Assembly: GCA_963677595.1 (NCBI GenBank)
Contig: OY782041.1
Location: 1,664,001 to 1,728,000, forward strand
Source of the DNA: Spirochaetia bacterium
GTDB lineage: Bacteria > Spirochaetota > Spirochaetia > CAKZLE01
Length of the DNA stretch: 64,000 bases
Reading direction: 5' to 3'
This document shows positions 7,530 to 17,297 of the stretch, piece by piece (the stretch's first letter is position 1; every line of letters starts with the position of its first letter). The notes below the pieces were generated by a model. It did no database searches. It worked only from the letters and a program-made list of their open reading frames with translations, and was not told the DNA's origin. The position numbers were made by a program, and so were the translations under genes.

Positions 7530-10343
7530 ATGAGTAGGTTCCTCTGTTTCCTCATCGGTATGCTCCTCCTGTTCCCCGGCTGTCTCCTCGTGGGGCAGTC
7601 CTTGGGGGAGGCTGTGCCTGAAGAACCCATACACATTGGGATCACCCCTGAACGAGAGCGGCTCAGGGAGAAGATAGCGAGCGGCATCAACTACCTCTGG
7701 TATTTCGGGGACTGGGATGAGGTAGCCCGGGATGAGGAGTACCTGGACATGGCCATGGACTTCGGGCTGGTCCTGCTGCACCTCACCAACAATGATATCG
7801 ACCCGGAGCAGGTGAAAACCCTGCGAAAAGGCCATGACGGGATCTCCGGGACTGCCGATGACGTGCTCGTCATCGGCTACCTCTCCATTGGGGAGGATAT
7901 CAGGACGGATAAGGACCATATGAGTCCACTGGAGGTGGGGGACGGCAGGGGACCGGTCTACTGGGACTATGCGAAGAAGGAGAAGGTCTTCCAGGATAAC
8001 GGCTATCCCTCCTATTACCTCGATGACCGGGACAAGGACGGCCTGCCTGACCGGAACTGGCAGTACCAGGGCTGCTATGCAGACCCGGGCAACCCCGACT
8101 ACCAGCTGATGCTCAAAACCGGGAAGAAGGACGAGGACGGGTTCGTCGGGCTCGACGAGCTCTTCTCCCGCTATGAGTGCGACGGGGTCTTCCTCGATAC
8201 CATGGATGTGGTCAACCCACTCGGCTGGGGGTTCCCCTTCTACTTCGAATGGGTCGCCCCGGGCGGGCAGAAACTCATCGAGCAGTTCAGGGCCTGGTAC
8301 CCGGACAAGCTCATCCTCCTCAATCGGACCCTCGTCTACTTCGACCCTAACGGGACGCAGGAAGACGGCACGCCCTACCTAGGGTCCTGGGGCAAGGATA
8401 TCGAGGATGATATCGACCTCGTCCTCTTCGAGGGGTTCTACTGGCCCGGGGACGAGGTCCGGAACCGGAACTACTGGGCCCCGAAGATCAATGCCGAGGC
8501 AGACCGTACCGGCGGCTTCACCGTCCTCGTCCTCGACTACGTCGGGGACGCCCATATCATGATAGACGGGGACCTCCAGGACTGGATCTGGAACGGGGAG
8601 GTCCAGGAGGGGGTGGAGAAGCTCGATGACGCCCTCATCTGGAGCCGCGGCGTCACCACGCCGAACGAGGCCGAGGATTGCGAGACGAAGGGGATCGACA
8701 TGGTCGACATGTGGATGGCGAACGACCCTGATAACATCAACATGTATATGCGCATAGACCTCGCCGGGAAACCCGACATCGCAGCCTATAACTACTATAT
8801 CTTCCTCGATACCGACCAGGACCGGGGGACGGGGTACCGGAACGGACCCAGTTCCCTCCTGGGTTCGGACTACCTGGTCACCGACCTCAGCAGGGACGGC
8901 TTCTTCCTCTACCGGTATGCGTGCAAGACAGGCCAGGACTCATGGGACTGGGAGCTTGTCGGGGAGATCCCCTCTGCGACCGGCATCCCCTACGGGGAGC
9001 TTGGTTCGATCGAGCTCGCGATACCGAAGGCCCTCGTCGGGGAGCGGGATGTCTTCGACGAGGCAGTGGACCTGGTCCTCTTCACCGAGGATGCGAGCAT
9101 CTACCCCTACCGGACGGACCAGGCCCCAGATGACCAGGAGAAGGACTTCTACCAGTACCTCTCGAGGACCCGTGCCCTGGGCTTCGAGGAGACGATTACC
9201 CGGCAGGGGTGGCTCGCCTATAACAAACCGCTCATCGGCGGGTCGAAGGTCCCGCTGATCAATCTCCATGCCGCCGAGGTCACAGCCCTCCCCGATACTG
9301 AACCACCGGTCTGGGACTCGACTGCGGCATCTCCGGGAGTCGGGAACCCTGCCGCCCCGGTCCCGAGGGTCGGGATCCAGGAGGCAGAACCGGGAGACGG
9401 TTCAGTCACCGTCCGGTGGGACACGGCGCGTGACCGAACACGTCCGGTGACCTATACCATCTACTACAGCACTGATGCAGAATTGAACCCTGCAACAGCG
9501 ACTCAAGTTAAGAATATTGATACGACCACCGCCGGGAGGAACTATTACCAGGGTACAGGACACCGGGATGACTTCCCGAACGTGCAGGGCTCCCCCAATG
9601 GGTTCTACTCGCAGAAGGTCGGGGAAGGAGTCTATCCCTATGAATACACGATCGATGGATTGGAGAATGATAGGACCTACTACTTCATGGTCCGTGCTTC
9701 CGACCATGCGGCTGAGCCGAATACGGAGACCAACTCGGTAGTGCTCTCGGCAACCCCCAGGCGGCCTGTCACCCGTACTATCCGCCTCGACGGTAAGGTA
9801 GGGGATTGGGAGAAGGTCATCCCGCTCGACTTCTCCCCGGGGGAGGTAGCCGACCCCGATACCCTTCCCCCGGAGATTGATATCACGGAGATCAAGGTGA
9901 CCGAGGACCGGGATGAGATATTCTTCCTCATAACCGTCGAGGGTGCTGCTGACTTCGGGAAGTGGCGGGACCAGCTCTCGGTCTACATCGATACCGACGG
10001 GGATAAGACTACCGGCTATGCCGGGGCGTTCGTCCCCACCTTCCCGTGGATGGTCGGTGCGGACTACATGCTCCAGAACGGGAGTCTCTACTCCTATGAG
10101 CCGCTGAACGGATACCGTGTCTGGAACTGGGTCATGGAGGCAGAGAACGGGAAGGGGCAAAGCCGCATGGTCTATACCGACAGCCAGGTGGAGCTCTCGG
10201 TAAAGAAGTCAGCCCTGGGCGATCCTGATGGTATCAGGATCGCGGTCGAGACCGACCGGATCCTCGATGACGGGAGCCATCTCATCGACCGGGTTCCGAA
10301 CGACCTCTTCTCGCACTATTACACGTATACGCTCCTGCAGTGA
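7530..10343 (+). CDS. Secreted/lipoprotein GH114/PelA-like TIM-barrel glycoside hydrolase with an FN3 domain and two repeated accessory domains
   Basis: 'VIGYLSIGE' and 'DGVFLDT' motifs; FN3-like 'SVTVRWD..YTIYY..GLENDRTYYFMVRA'; two copies of 'DG...DW...(F/Y)(L/I)DTD....TGY...G.DY'; N-terminal hydrophobic leader ending LFPGC. Confidence 0.65.
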   Translation: MSRFLCFLIGMLLLFPGCLLVGQSLGEAVPEEPIHIGITPERERLREKIASGINYLWYFGDWDEVARDEEYLDMAMDFGLVLLHLTNNDIDPEQVKTLRKGHDGISGTADDVLVIGYLSIGEDIRTDKDHMSPLEVGDGRGPVYWDYAKKEKVFQDNGYPSYYLDDRDKDGLPDRNWQYQGCYADPGNPDYQLMLKTGKKDEDGFVGLDELFSRYECDGVFLDTMDVVNPLGWGFPFYFEWVAPGGQKLIEQFRAWYPDKLILLNRTLVYFDPNGTQEDGTPYLGSWGKDIEDDIDLVLFEGFYWPGDEVRNRNYWAPKINAEADRTGGFTVLVLDYVGDAHIMIDGDLQDWIWNGEVQEGVEKLDDALIWSRGVTTPNEAEDCETKGIDMVDMWMANDPDNINMYMRIDLAGKPDIAAYNYYIFLDTDQDRGTGYRNGPSSLLGSDYLVTDLSRDGFFLYRYACKTGQDSWDWELVGEIPSATGIPYGELGSIELAIPKALVGERDVFDEAVDLVLFTEDASIYPYRTDQAPDDQEKDFYQYLSRTRALGFEETITRQGWLAYNKPLIGGSKVPLINLHAAEVTALPDTEPPVWDSTAASPGVGNPAAPVPRVGIQEAEPGDGSVTVRWDTARDRTRPVTYTIYYSTDAELNPATATQVKNIDTTTAGRNYYQGTGHRDDFPNVQGSPNGFYSQKVGEGVYPYEYTIDGLENDRTYYFMVRASDHAAEPNTETNSVVLSATPRRPVTRTIRLDGKVGDWEKVIPLDFSPGEVADPDTLPPEIDITEIKVTEDRDEIFFLITVEGAADFGKWRDQLSVYIDTDGDKTTGYAGAFVPTFPWMVGADYMLQNGSLYSYEPLNGYRVWNWVMEAENGKGQSRMVYTDSQVELSVKKSALGDPDGIRIAVETDRILDDGSHLIDRVPNDLFSHYYTYTLLQ

Positions 10344-10386
10344 CCATGTGAGGGGCAAACTGTGCTATAACAGTTGAAGAAATTCC

Positions 10387-10444
10387 TTGACAAATGAAAT
10401 AAACGGGTACAAGCTACATACAGCAGACAACAGATGTCTGATGT
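10387..10444 (+). promoter_or_regulatory. Promoter -35 box and candidate FadR/GntR operator of the TRAP operon
   Basis: TTGACA at 10387; inverted repeat CAGACA-acaga-TGTCTG at 10424-10440. Confidence 0.45.
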
Positions 10445-10460
10445 AATTAGTGAGGTGAAT

Positions 10461-11132
10461 ATGTCTAACCATAAGATTGCCGCGATATACACCGGTGCCG
10501 CATTGGTCAAGCCGCTCTCAGACCTGATGAAGGAAGTACTTCCCGGGTACGAGGTCATGAACATCCTCGATGACAGCATGATCGCTGAGATCATCCGTGA
10601 GGGGGAACTGACGAAGGCAGTGAAGCGAAGGCTCTACGGGTATTACGAGATCGCCTGCGCCTCCGGGGCGGAGCTCATCCTGAACACCTGCTCCTCGATC
10701 GGCGATGCCGTCTACGGGGCCCGTGACTTCATGCCGATCCCGATCGTGAGGATCGATGAGGCGATGGCCTATAAAGCCATCGAGATGGCGGACTCGGTCG
10801 CCGTCCTCGCGACGCTCCCGACGACCCTGGACCCGACGATCAGGCTCCTGCAGATGTGTGCAGAAGAGAAGGGAAAGAAGATAACGACCGTGTCAGGTCT
10901 TGCAGAAGGCGCATTCTCCGCCATCACCAGCGGTGACGGGGAGACCCACGACCGGCTCGTTGCCGAGACGGCGAAGAAGGTAGCCGATACCTGTGACGTG
11001 ATCCTGCTCGCGCAGGGCTCGATGGCACGGATGGAAGCACCTTTACGTGAGCTGACCGGCAAGACCGTATTCTCCAGTCCCCGTCTCGGCGTCGAGATGG
11101 TGAAGGAGATCATGGAGGGGATCCATGCCTGA
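10461..11132 (+). CDS. Asp/Glu/hydantoin racemase-family protein
   Basis: 'LILNTCSSIG', 'PIVRIDEAM', 'DVILLAQGSM'; RBS GAGGTG before ATG 10461. Confidence 0.8.
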   Translation: MSNHKIAAIYTGAALVKPLSDLMKEVLPGYEVMNILDDSMIAEIIREGELTKAVKRRLYGYYEIACASGAELILNTCSSIGDAVYGARDFMPIPIVRIDEAMAYKAIEMADSVAVLATLPTTLDPTIRLLQMCAEEKGKKITTVSGLAEGAFSAITSGDGETHDRLVAETAKKVADTCDVILLAQGSMARMEAPLRELTGKTVFSSPRLGVEMVKEIMEGIHA

Positions 11133-11949
11133 TATCGCATACTTAGAGGACTGCGCACGCCGGATCAGGCGGGACGTGGTCGAGATGGTCTACCGGACGA
11201 AGGACGGCCATCCCTCCCCGAGCTTCTCTGCCGCCGACATGATAGCGGCTCTCTATTTCCATACCATGAAGCTGGACCCCTCGAACCCGGACTGGGAAGA
11301 GCGGGACCGCTTCGTCCTCTCGAAGGGCCATGCCTGCCCGGCACTCTATGCGGCGCTGGCGAGGAAGGGCTTCTTCCCCGCTGATGAGCTGCTTACCCTC
11401 AGGTACCTGGACTCGCACATGCAGGGTCATCCCTATGCACCGAAGACGGTGGGGCTGGATGCCACCACAGGATCTCTGGGGAACGGGGTGTCTGTGGGCC
11501 TTGGGATGGCGCTTGCAGCCAGGATCCGCAAGCTCGACTACCGGGTCTACGTGATCACCGGCGACGGTGAGCTGGGTGAGGGCCTCATCTGGGAGGCAGC
11601 CATGGCTGCAGGGCACCAGAAGGCAGCGAACCTGACCGTCTTCGTGGACAACAACAACTACCAGAGCGGCGGGACGGTCGAGCAGGTCTCCGGGCCTTAT
11701 CCCATCACCGAGAAATGGGCCGACTTCGGCTGGCATACCCAGGAGATCGACGGCCATGACATGGCACAGATCGTGGAGGCGATAGAGGTCGCCAAGGGCG
11801 TGACCGATAAACCGTCAGCGATCATAGCCAAGACCATCAAGGGCAAGGGGCTCTCCTTCATGATAGGGGACAACACCTGGCACAAGCGGGTCTACACCGA
11901 TGCGGAATATGCACAGGCCGAGATCGAGCTGGGAGGATGGAACGAATGA
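11125..11949 (+). CDS. Transketolase, N-terminal (TPP-binding) subunit
   Basis: 'DRFVLSKGH', 'TGSLGNG', 'GDGELGEG..WEA', 'TIKGKG'. Confidence 0.93.
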   Translation: MPDIAYLEDCARRIRRDVVEMVYRTKDGHPSPSFSAADMIAALYFHTMKLDPSNPDWEERDRFVLSKGHACPALYAALARKGFFPADELLTLRYLDSHMQGHPYAPKTVGLDATTGSLGNGVSVGLGMALAARIRKLDYRVYVITGDGELGEGLIWEAAMAAGHQKAANLTVFVDNNNYQSGGTVEQVSGPYPITEKWADFGWHTQEIDGHDMAQIVEAIEVAKGVTDKPSAIIAKTIKGKGLSFMIGDNTWHKRVYTDAEYAQAEIELGGWNE

Positions 11950-12896
11950 GCACACAAGTTGACAGCACCCGTGTAGGGTTCCGCGACGGCCTGATGGACC
12001 TGGCCGAGAAACGCGATGATATCGTCTTCGTATCGACCGACTCGCTCCTGGTAGTGAAGGGCGGTCCCTTCAAGGAGCAATATCCCGACCGCGTGGTTGA
12101 GCTCGGTATCGCCGAACAGAACGGCGTCGGCGTATGCGCCGGCCTCGCATCTTCGGGCATCACCCCCTATATCTGCACCTATGCAGGCTTCCTGACGATG
12201 CGCGCCTGTGAGCAGATGCGAACCTTCGTCGGCTACCCCAAGCTGAAGGTACGGTTCGTCGGGGCGAACGGCGGCCTCTACGGCGGGAACCGGGAGGGCG
12301 TGAGCCACCAGTTCATCGAGGATGTGGGACTGCTGCGGACGATCCCTGGCTTCACCGTCCTCTGCCCGGCAGACGGGAACCAGGTCTACCAGGCGATGCT
12401 CGCCTCCGTCGATGTCGACGGGCCGGTCTACATCAGGATCGGGAGCGGCAGGGAGGAGAAGGTCTTCCCAGACGGGACGGAATTCCCCCTCGGGAAGATC
12501 CGCACCGTCAGTGACTATGGCGACGATGTCGCACTCTTCTCCTACGGTTTCACCATGAACCGGGTCATAGCGGCAGCGGAACTGCTGAAAAGCCAGGGCA
12601 TCGGGGCCAAGGTAGTCGAGGTCGCGACCGTGAAGCCGCTCGATGTCGAGGGGATCTCGGAAGTGCTCGGCGCAACAGGCTGTGCGGTGACCGTTGAGGA
12701 CCATACCGTGATCAGCGGTCTCGGGAGCGCGATCGCCGAGGTGATCGCCGAAGAGACCCCGGCAGCACTGGTCAGGCTCGGCCTGCAGGACTGTTACGGT
12801 GAGTCGGGTTTCCCGGACGAGCTGCTCGACAAGTACGGTATGTCCGTTGAGGGGATCGCCGAGGCCGCGAAGAAGGCGATCGTGAAAAAACGATAA
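11946..12896 (+). CDS. Transketolase, C-terminal subunit
   Basis: 'GIAEQN', 'RACEQMR', 'GPVYIR', 'VKPLD', 'EDH..SGLGS'; ATGA overlap with the upstream gene. Confidence 0.93.
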   Translation: MSTQVDSTRVGFRDGLMDLAEKRDDIVFVSTDSLLVVKGGPFKEQYPDRVVELGIAEQNGVGVCAGLASSGITPYICTYAGFLTMRACEQMRTFVGYPKLKVRFVGANGGLYGGNREGVSHQFIEDVGLLRTIPGFTVLCPADGNQVYQAMLASVDVDGPVYIRIGSGREEKVFPDGTEFPLGKIRTVSDYGDDVALFSYGFTMNRVIAAAELLKSQGIGAKVVEVATVKPLDVEGISEVLGATGCAVTVEDHTVISGLGSAIAEVIAEETPAALVRLGLQDCYGESGFPDELLDKYGMSVEGIAEAAKKAIVKKR

Positions 12897-12949
12897 GGAA
12901 TTTGCCGGCAGGTTGATTTGCCGGTTAGAATAGGAAAAGGAGTTTACGT

Positions 12950-13966
12950 ATGAAAAAAGGAGCTATTCTAGTTTTAGCATTGCTGATGGTCTGTGCATTC
13001 GGTTTCGCACAGGGCCAGTCCGAAGGACCTACACCGGAGAAGCCGCTGGTACTCAGGTATGCACACATGAACGCAGCGAACAGCCCGAACGGACTGCAGG
13101 CTGACTACTTCGCAAAGAGGATCGCTGAAGAGACCAACGGGGCCATCAAGATCGAGGTATTCCCGGGATCACAGCTCGGTACCATCACCGAGATGGCTGA
13201 GATGGTATCACAGGGATCGATCGCCCTGCACCACAACACCTACGGCGGTCTGCAGACCCTGCAAGAGGACCTCGGTATGTTCGACACACCGTTCCTCTAC
13301 CGGGATGTCGACCACCTGCTGAAGGCAACCGACCCCTTCACCTCCACCGTACTCGAGGAGATGAACGAGCGGCTGATCGAGGAACGCGGTGTACGGATCC
13401 TCTACTCATTCTACTTCGGTACCAGGAACCTGACCACGAACCATCCGGTCTACTCACCTGCTGACCTTTCGGGCAAGAAGATCCGTGCGATCCCCTCAGC
13501 CATCTACATGGCAGCTGTAGAGGGTATGGGTGCGGTAGCTATCCCCGTAGACTGGGCAGAAGTCCCCATGGCTCTCTCAACCGGCCAGGCTGACGGCCAG
13601 GAGAACCCGGTAAGCGTTCTGGTTACCCACAACCTCAACGATGTCCAGGACTACGTCATGCTCACCGGCCACATCATGGGCTCTGAGCCTGTAGTGATCA
13701 ACGAGGATGTATGGCAGAGCCTCTCCTTCGACTACAAGAAGATCTTCAAGGACGTTGCCGCTGAGACCAGGGACTGGGCTTCCAACTATGTCGTGAACAG
13801 CGAGGAAAAAGACCTCCAGACCCTCAGGGACCGGGGCATGACCGTCATCGGGCCTGAGGATGGACTTGATGTGGATGCCTTCAGGGCATCGGTTAGCAAG
13901 GTCGTCGACGAGCGGTTCGGTGACAAGTGGGGCAAGTACTACGAAGTGATCAGGAATATCCAGTAG
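12950..13966 (+). CDS. dctP: TRAP transporter substrate-binding protein
   Basis: Signal peptide; 'IEVFPGSQLG', 'DLSGKKIR', 'DGQENP'. Confidence 0.93.
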   Translation: MKKGAILVLALLMVCAFGFAQGQSEGPTPEKPLVLRYAHMNAANSPNGLQADYFAKRIAEETNGAIKIEVFPGSQLGTITEMAEMVSQGSIALHHNTYGGLQTLQEDLGMFDTPFLYRDVDHLLKATDPFTSTVLEEMNERLIEERGVRILYSFYFGTRNLTTNHPVYSPADLSGKKIRAIPSAIYMAAVEGMGAVAIPVDWAEVPMALSTGQADGQENPVSVLVTHNLNDVQDYVMLTGHIMGSEPVVINEDVWQSLSFDYKKIFKDVAAETRDWASNYVVNSEEKDLQTLRDRGMTVIGPEDGLDVDAFRASVSKVVDERFGDKWGKYYEVIRNIQ

Positions 13967-14007
13967 TATCCTTGAGAACATAGCAATTCTATAGGTAGTA
14001 TATGTAT

Positions 14008-14030
14008 GTGACCGGGGTTTCCCCGGTCAC
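14008..14030 (+). promoter_or_regulatory. Intergenic stem-loop after dctP (mRNA stabiliser or attenuator)
   Basis: Perfect GTGACCGGGG-ttt-CCCCGGTCAC with no U-tail. Confidence 0.65.
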
Positions 14031-14055
14031 GATTAATCTAAAAGGAGTAAACGGT

Positions 14056-14532
14056 ATGCGTTCAGCCGTAAAGAGGATCACCCGATACCTGGAATACACC
14101 GCACTGGTGTTCCTCCTGATGGTATTCGCCTGTGTCCTCATCCAGATCATCATGAGGAACTTCTTCAACAGCGGGTCAGTCATCCTTGAGGAGCTTGCCA
14201 GGTTCAGCCTGGTCTCACTGGTCTTCCTCATGATCCCGGTCCTTGTCATCGACAAGGGGCATATCATCGTCGATATCCTCGTAGCCCGTCTCCCGAAACG
14301 AGTCAGGCGGATCTTCGAGATCATCATCCAGTCCTTCTCCTTCGGTCTTGCCCTCTTCCTGCTTGCTGCGATCAAGCAGGTCATGGATAAGAACTGGAGC
14401 GTCAGGACCCCGGCCATGAAGATGCCGAACAGCATCTATTATATCCCGATCATCATCGGGATCGTCTTCATGGCCGTCGGTGCCTGCATCGACTTAGTCG
14501 AGGCGATCAAGGATAAGGAGGGAACACTATGA
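14056..14532 (+). CDS. dctQ: TRAP small permease
   Basis: Four hydrophobic segments; 'EELARF', 'HIIVD'; RBS AAGGAG before ATG 14056. Confidence 0.9.
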   Translation: MRSAVKRITRYLEYTALVFLLMVFACVLIQIIMRNFFNSGSVILEELARFSLVSLVFLMIPVLVIDKGHIIVDILVARLPKRVRRIFEIIIQSFSFGLALFLLAAIKQVMDKNWSVRTPAMKMPNSIYYIPIIIGIVFMAVGACIDLVEAIKDKEGTL

Positions 14533-15809
14533 GCGGTCTCATGATCATTCTCCTCTTCCTTGTATTCATCATCGCCGGCTTCCCGATCGCGATCAGTATG
14601 GGGCTTCCCGCAGCGATCTACCTGCTGGTGAACAACATCCCGATCAGCGTCATGATCCAGCGGATGGTAGCGTCCCTGAACTCGTTCCCCCTGCTGGCAG
14701 TCCCGCTCTTCATCATGGCCGCGGGCCTGATGAACAGCTCGGGTATCACGAAGCGGCTCTTCGAGTTCACGAAGCTGCTCGTTGGCAGGCTCAAGGGCGG
14801 TCTTGCGCAGGTGAACATCGTGGCAAGTCTCATCTTCGCCGGTATCTCCGGTGCTGCGCTGGCTGATGTCGGCGGCCTGGGGAATATCGAGATAGACGCC
14901 ATGACCAAGCAGAACTATCCCAAGGAGGATTCCGCGGCGATCACGGCAGCCTCGGCTGTCGTCGGCCCGATCTTCCCGCCGAGCATCCCCTTGATCATCT
15001 ACGGCGCGGCGGCTGAGACCTCCTCGATGAGGCTGCTCATCGCTGGTGTGTTCCCTGCCCTGATCATCGTAGTCTTCCTCATGCTCCAGGTCGGGATCAT
15101 CGCCCATAAGAAGGACTACCCGAAGGGTGTGGAGGGATCGATCCCGTTCAAGCAGGTCATGAAGATCATCAAGGACGGTCTCCCGGCCATGATGATGCCG
15201 GTCATCCTCATCGTGGGGATGCTCAGCGGCTACTTCTCACCGACCGAGGTTGGGGCGATCACGGTGACCTATGCACTGATCCTCAGTGCGATCTACCGGG
15301 AGCTCTCCTTCAGTCGGTTCATCGAGGTCTGCAGGGAGACGCTGCGCTCGACAGTGAGTGTGCTCTTCATCGTCGCCTCCGCCGCGATCTTCGCATGGGC
15401 CCTGACGGTAGAACAGCTGCCGCAGCAGGTATCGAACATGATGCTCACTATATCGGAGAGCCCGATCGTCCTGCTGATGCTGGCGAACGTCGTCCTGCTC
15501 GTCGCAGGGATGTTCATGGAGACCACCGCGGCGATCATGGTACTGACGCCGATCCTCCTGCCGCCGCTGATGGCCGCGGGGGTGAGCCCGATCCATTTCG
15601 GGATCGTGATGGTCTTCAACCTCATGATCGGCATGATCACGCCACCGGTGGGGATGAGCGTCTACATGCTGAGCTCACTGGTGAAGATGCCGGTAGGGAA
15701 GCTCTTCAAGGCGGTTGCGCCCTACTACATAACCTTGTTTATTTCGCTTCTGGTCATTACCTATGTCCCGAAGATTTCACTCTGGCTGCCTAATTTGATG
15801 ATGAACTGA
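14529..15809 (+). CDS. dctM: TRAP large permease
   Basis: 'SFPLLAVPLF', 'ISGAALAD', 'PPSIP', 'ITPPVG'. Confidence 0.93.
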   Translation: MSGLMIILLFLVFIIAGFPIAISMGLPAAIYLLVNNIPISVMIQRMVASLNSFPLLAVPLFIMAAGLMNSSGITKRLFEFTKLLVGRLKGGLAQVNIVASLIFAGISGAALADVGGLGNIEIDAMTKQNYPKEDSAAITAASAVVGPIFPPSIPLIIYGAAAETSSMRLLIAGVFPALIIVVFLMLQVGIIAHKKDYPKGVEGSIPFKQVMKIIKDGLPAMMMPVILIVGMLSGYFSPTEVGAITVTYALILSAIYRELSFSRFIEVCRETLRSTVSVLFIVASAAIFAWALTVEQLPQQVSNMMLTISESPIVLLMLANVVLLVAGMFMETTAAIMVLTPILLPPLMAAGVSPIHFGIVMVFNLMIGMITPPVGMSVYMLSSLVKMPVGKLFKAVAPYYITLFISLLVITYVPKISLWLPNLMMN

Positions 15810-15828
15810 TGAGAGGAGGTCTCACACG

Positions 15829-16881
15829 ATGAATAACGGCTATTTCCAACGGGTACGGAGAGAGACGAAGACCCGTTTCTGGGTGAACAACCCGACTGTG
15901 GAGCAGGCACGGCAGGCCCTCGAGGCTGGTGCCGTAGGATGCACGACGAACCCGAGCTATGTCTCGAAGCTCTTCAAGTCCCCTGCTGACTTCGCCTACG
16001 TGAAGCGCACGATCGACATCCTCATCCCCTTCATGGCGAATGACACGGAGCTCGCCTGTATGGTCCAGCGGATCATGGTAGCGCGACTGAGCGATATCTT
16101 CATGCCCCTGTATGAGGCTACCGGCGGGACTGCCGGGTTCGTGACGATCCAGGGCAATCCCTTCACCGAGGAGGATGCCGACGGCATCATCGCTGACGGG
16201 TTGGAGAACCGGAAGATCGGGGAGAACATCACGGTGAAGATCCCCGTGACGGTCCCCGGGATCAAGGCGATCGCCGACCTCGTGGAGATGAACATCCCGA
16301 CGATGGCGACCGAGGTCATGGGACTCTCCCAGGCGGTATCGATCTGTGAGGCCTATAAAGAGGCTTCACAGAAGACGGGGCATACGCCCCCCTTCTTCGT
16401 GACCCATATAACCGGTATCCTCGATGACCACTTCAAGCGTGTCATCAAGGAGCAAACCCTCGATATTCCCGCAGATGTGCTGAAGTGGGCAGGGCTCTCG
16501 ATCGCGAAGAAAGAGTACGAACTACTCAAGGAACGGGACTACCCTGGGATCATGATCGGCGGCGGCGCAAGGAAGCTCGAGGACTTCACCGAGTTAGTCG
16601 GCGGCGAACTCGATATAACGATCAACTGGAAAGGGACTGCGGACGTACTGCTCGACAAGGATATGCCGGCAGAGTCACGGATCGATGCGTTCCCCGACCA
16701 GGCGGTCATCGACCAGCTCATGGCTGACCTCCCGGATTACCAGCGAGCCTATGACATAGACGGCATGGTGCCTGAGGAGTACTACGACTACGGCGGGGTT
16801 GAGCTCTTCCGGACCTCCTTCATGAAGGGGTGGCAGATGCTGCTCGACCTCATCACCGAGAGAAGGGAGGCACTGAAATGA
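15829..16881 (+). CDS. Transaldolase-family protein
   Basis: 'GCTTNPS' and 'NITVKIPVT' (Schiff-base Lys). Confidence 0.85.
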   Translation: MNNGYFQRVRRETKTRFWVNNPTVEQARQALEAGAVGCTTNPSYVSKLFKSPADFAYVKRTIDILIPFMANDTELACMVQRIMVARLSDIFMPLYEATGGTAGFVTIQGNPFTEEDADGIIADGLENRKIGENITVKIPVTVPGIKAIADLVEMNIPTMATEVMGLSQAVSICEAYKEASQKTGHTPPFFVTHITGILDDHFKRVIKEQTLDIPADVLKWAGLSIAKKEYELLKERDYPGIMIGGGARKLEDFTELVGGELDITINWKGTADVLLDKDMPAESRIDAFPDQAVIDQLMADLPDYQRAYDIDGMVPEEYYDYGGVELFRTSFMKGWQMLLDLITERREALK

Positions 16882-17222
16882 CACAGGACAAGAAGCACCG
16901 GGGGAACCTCTTCGAGGATCCCAGGGTAGAGCGGGCTCCCGGCATCGACCGGGTCACGCTCACCTATGACGAAGACTCGATGATCTGCTACTTCTACCTT
17001 GCCAAGGGTTCAGTCCTGGAGATGCACACCCATGTGCAGTCCCAGAACGGGATAGTCATGAAGGGCAGGATAGACTTCATCAAGGGAGACGGGGAGGTCC
17101 TGGAGCTCAAAGCAGGCGATGCCTACTACTTCGGCCCGAACGATCCCCACGGTTCCAATGTGATCGAGGATACTGAGCTCATGGAGTGTTTTGCCCCTTC
17201 CCGGGATGATTATAAGGTGTGA
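16878..17222 (+). CDS. Cupin-domain protein
   Basis: 'HTHVQSQ..G', 'LKAGD.YY..PNDPHG', 'FAPSRDD'; ATGA overlap with the upstream gene. Confidence 0.85.
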   Translation: MTQDKKHRGNLFEDPRVERAPGIDRVTLTYDEDSMICYFYLAKGSVLEMHTHVQSQNGIVMKGRIDFIKGDGEVLELKAGDAYYFGPNDPHGSNVIEDTELMECFAPSRDDYKV

Positions 17223-17297
17223 CAGTAGAAATTAGGGAATATTCACGGTAAGATGTCAAAATAATCATAAAACGTATGATAGCGAGGTGCGTATCTG

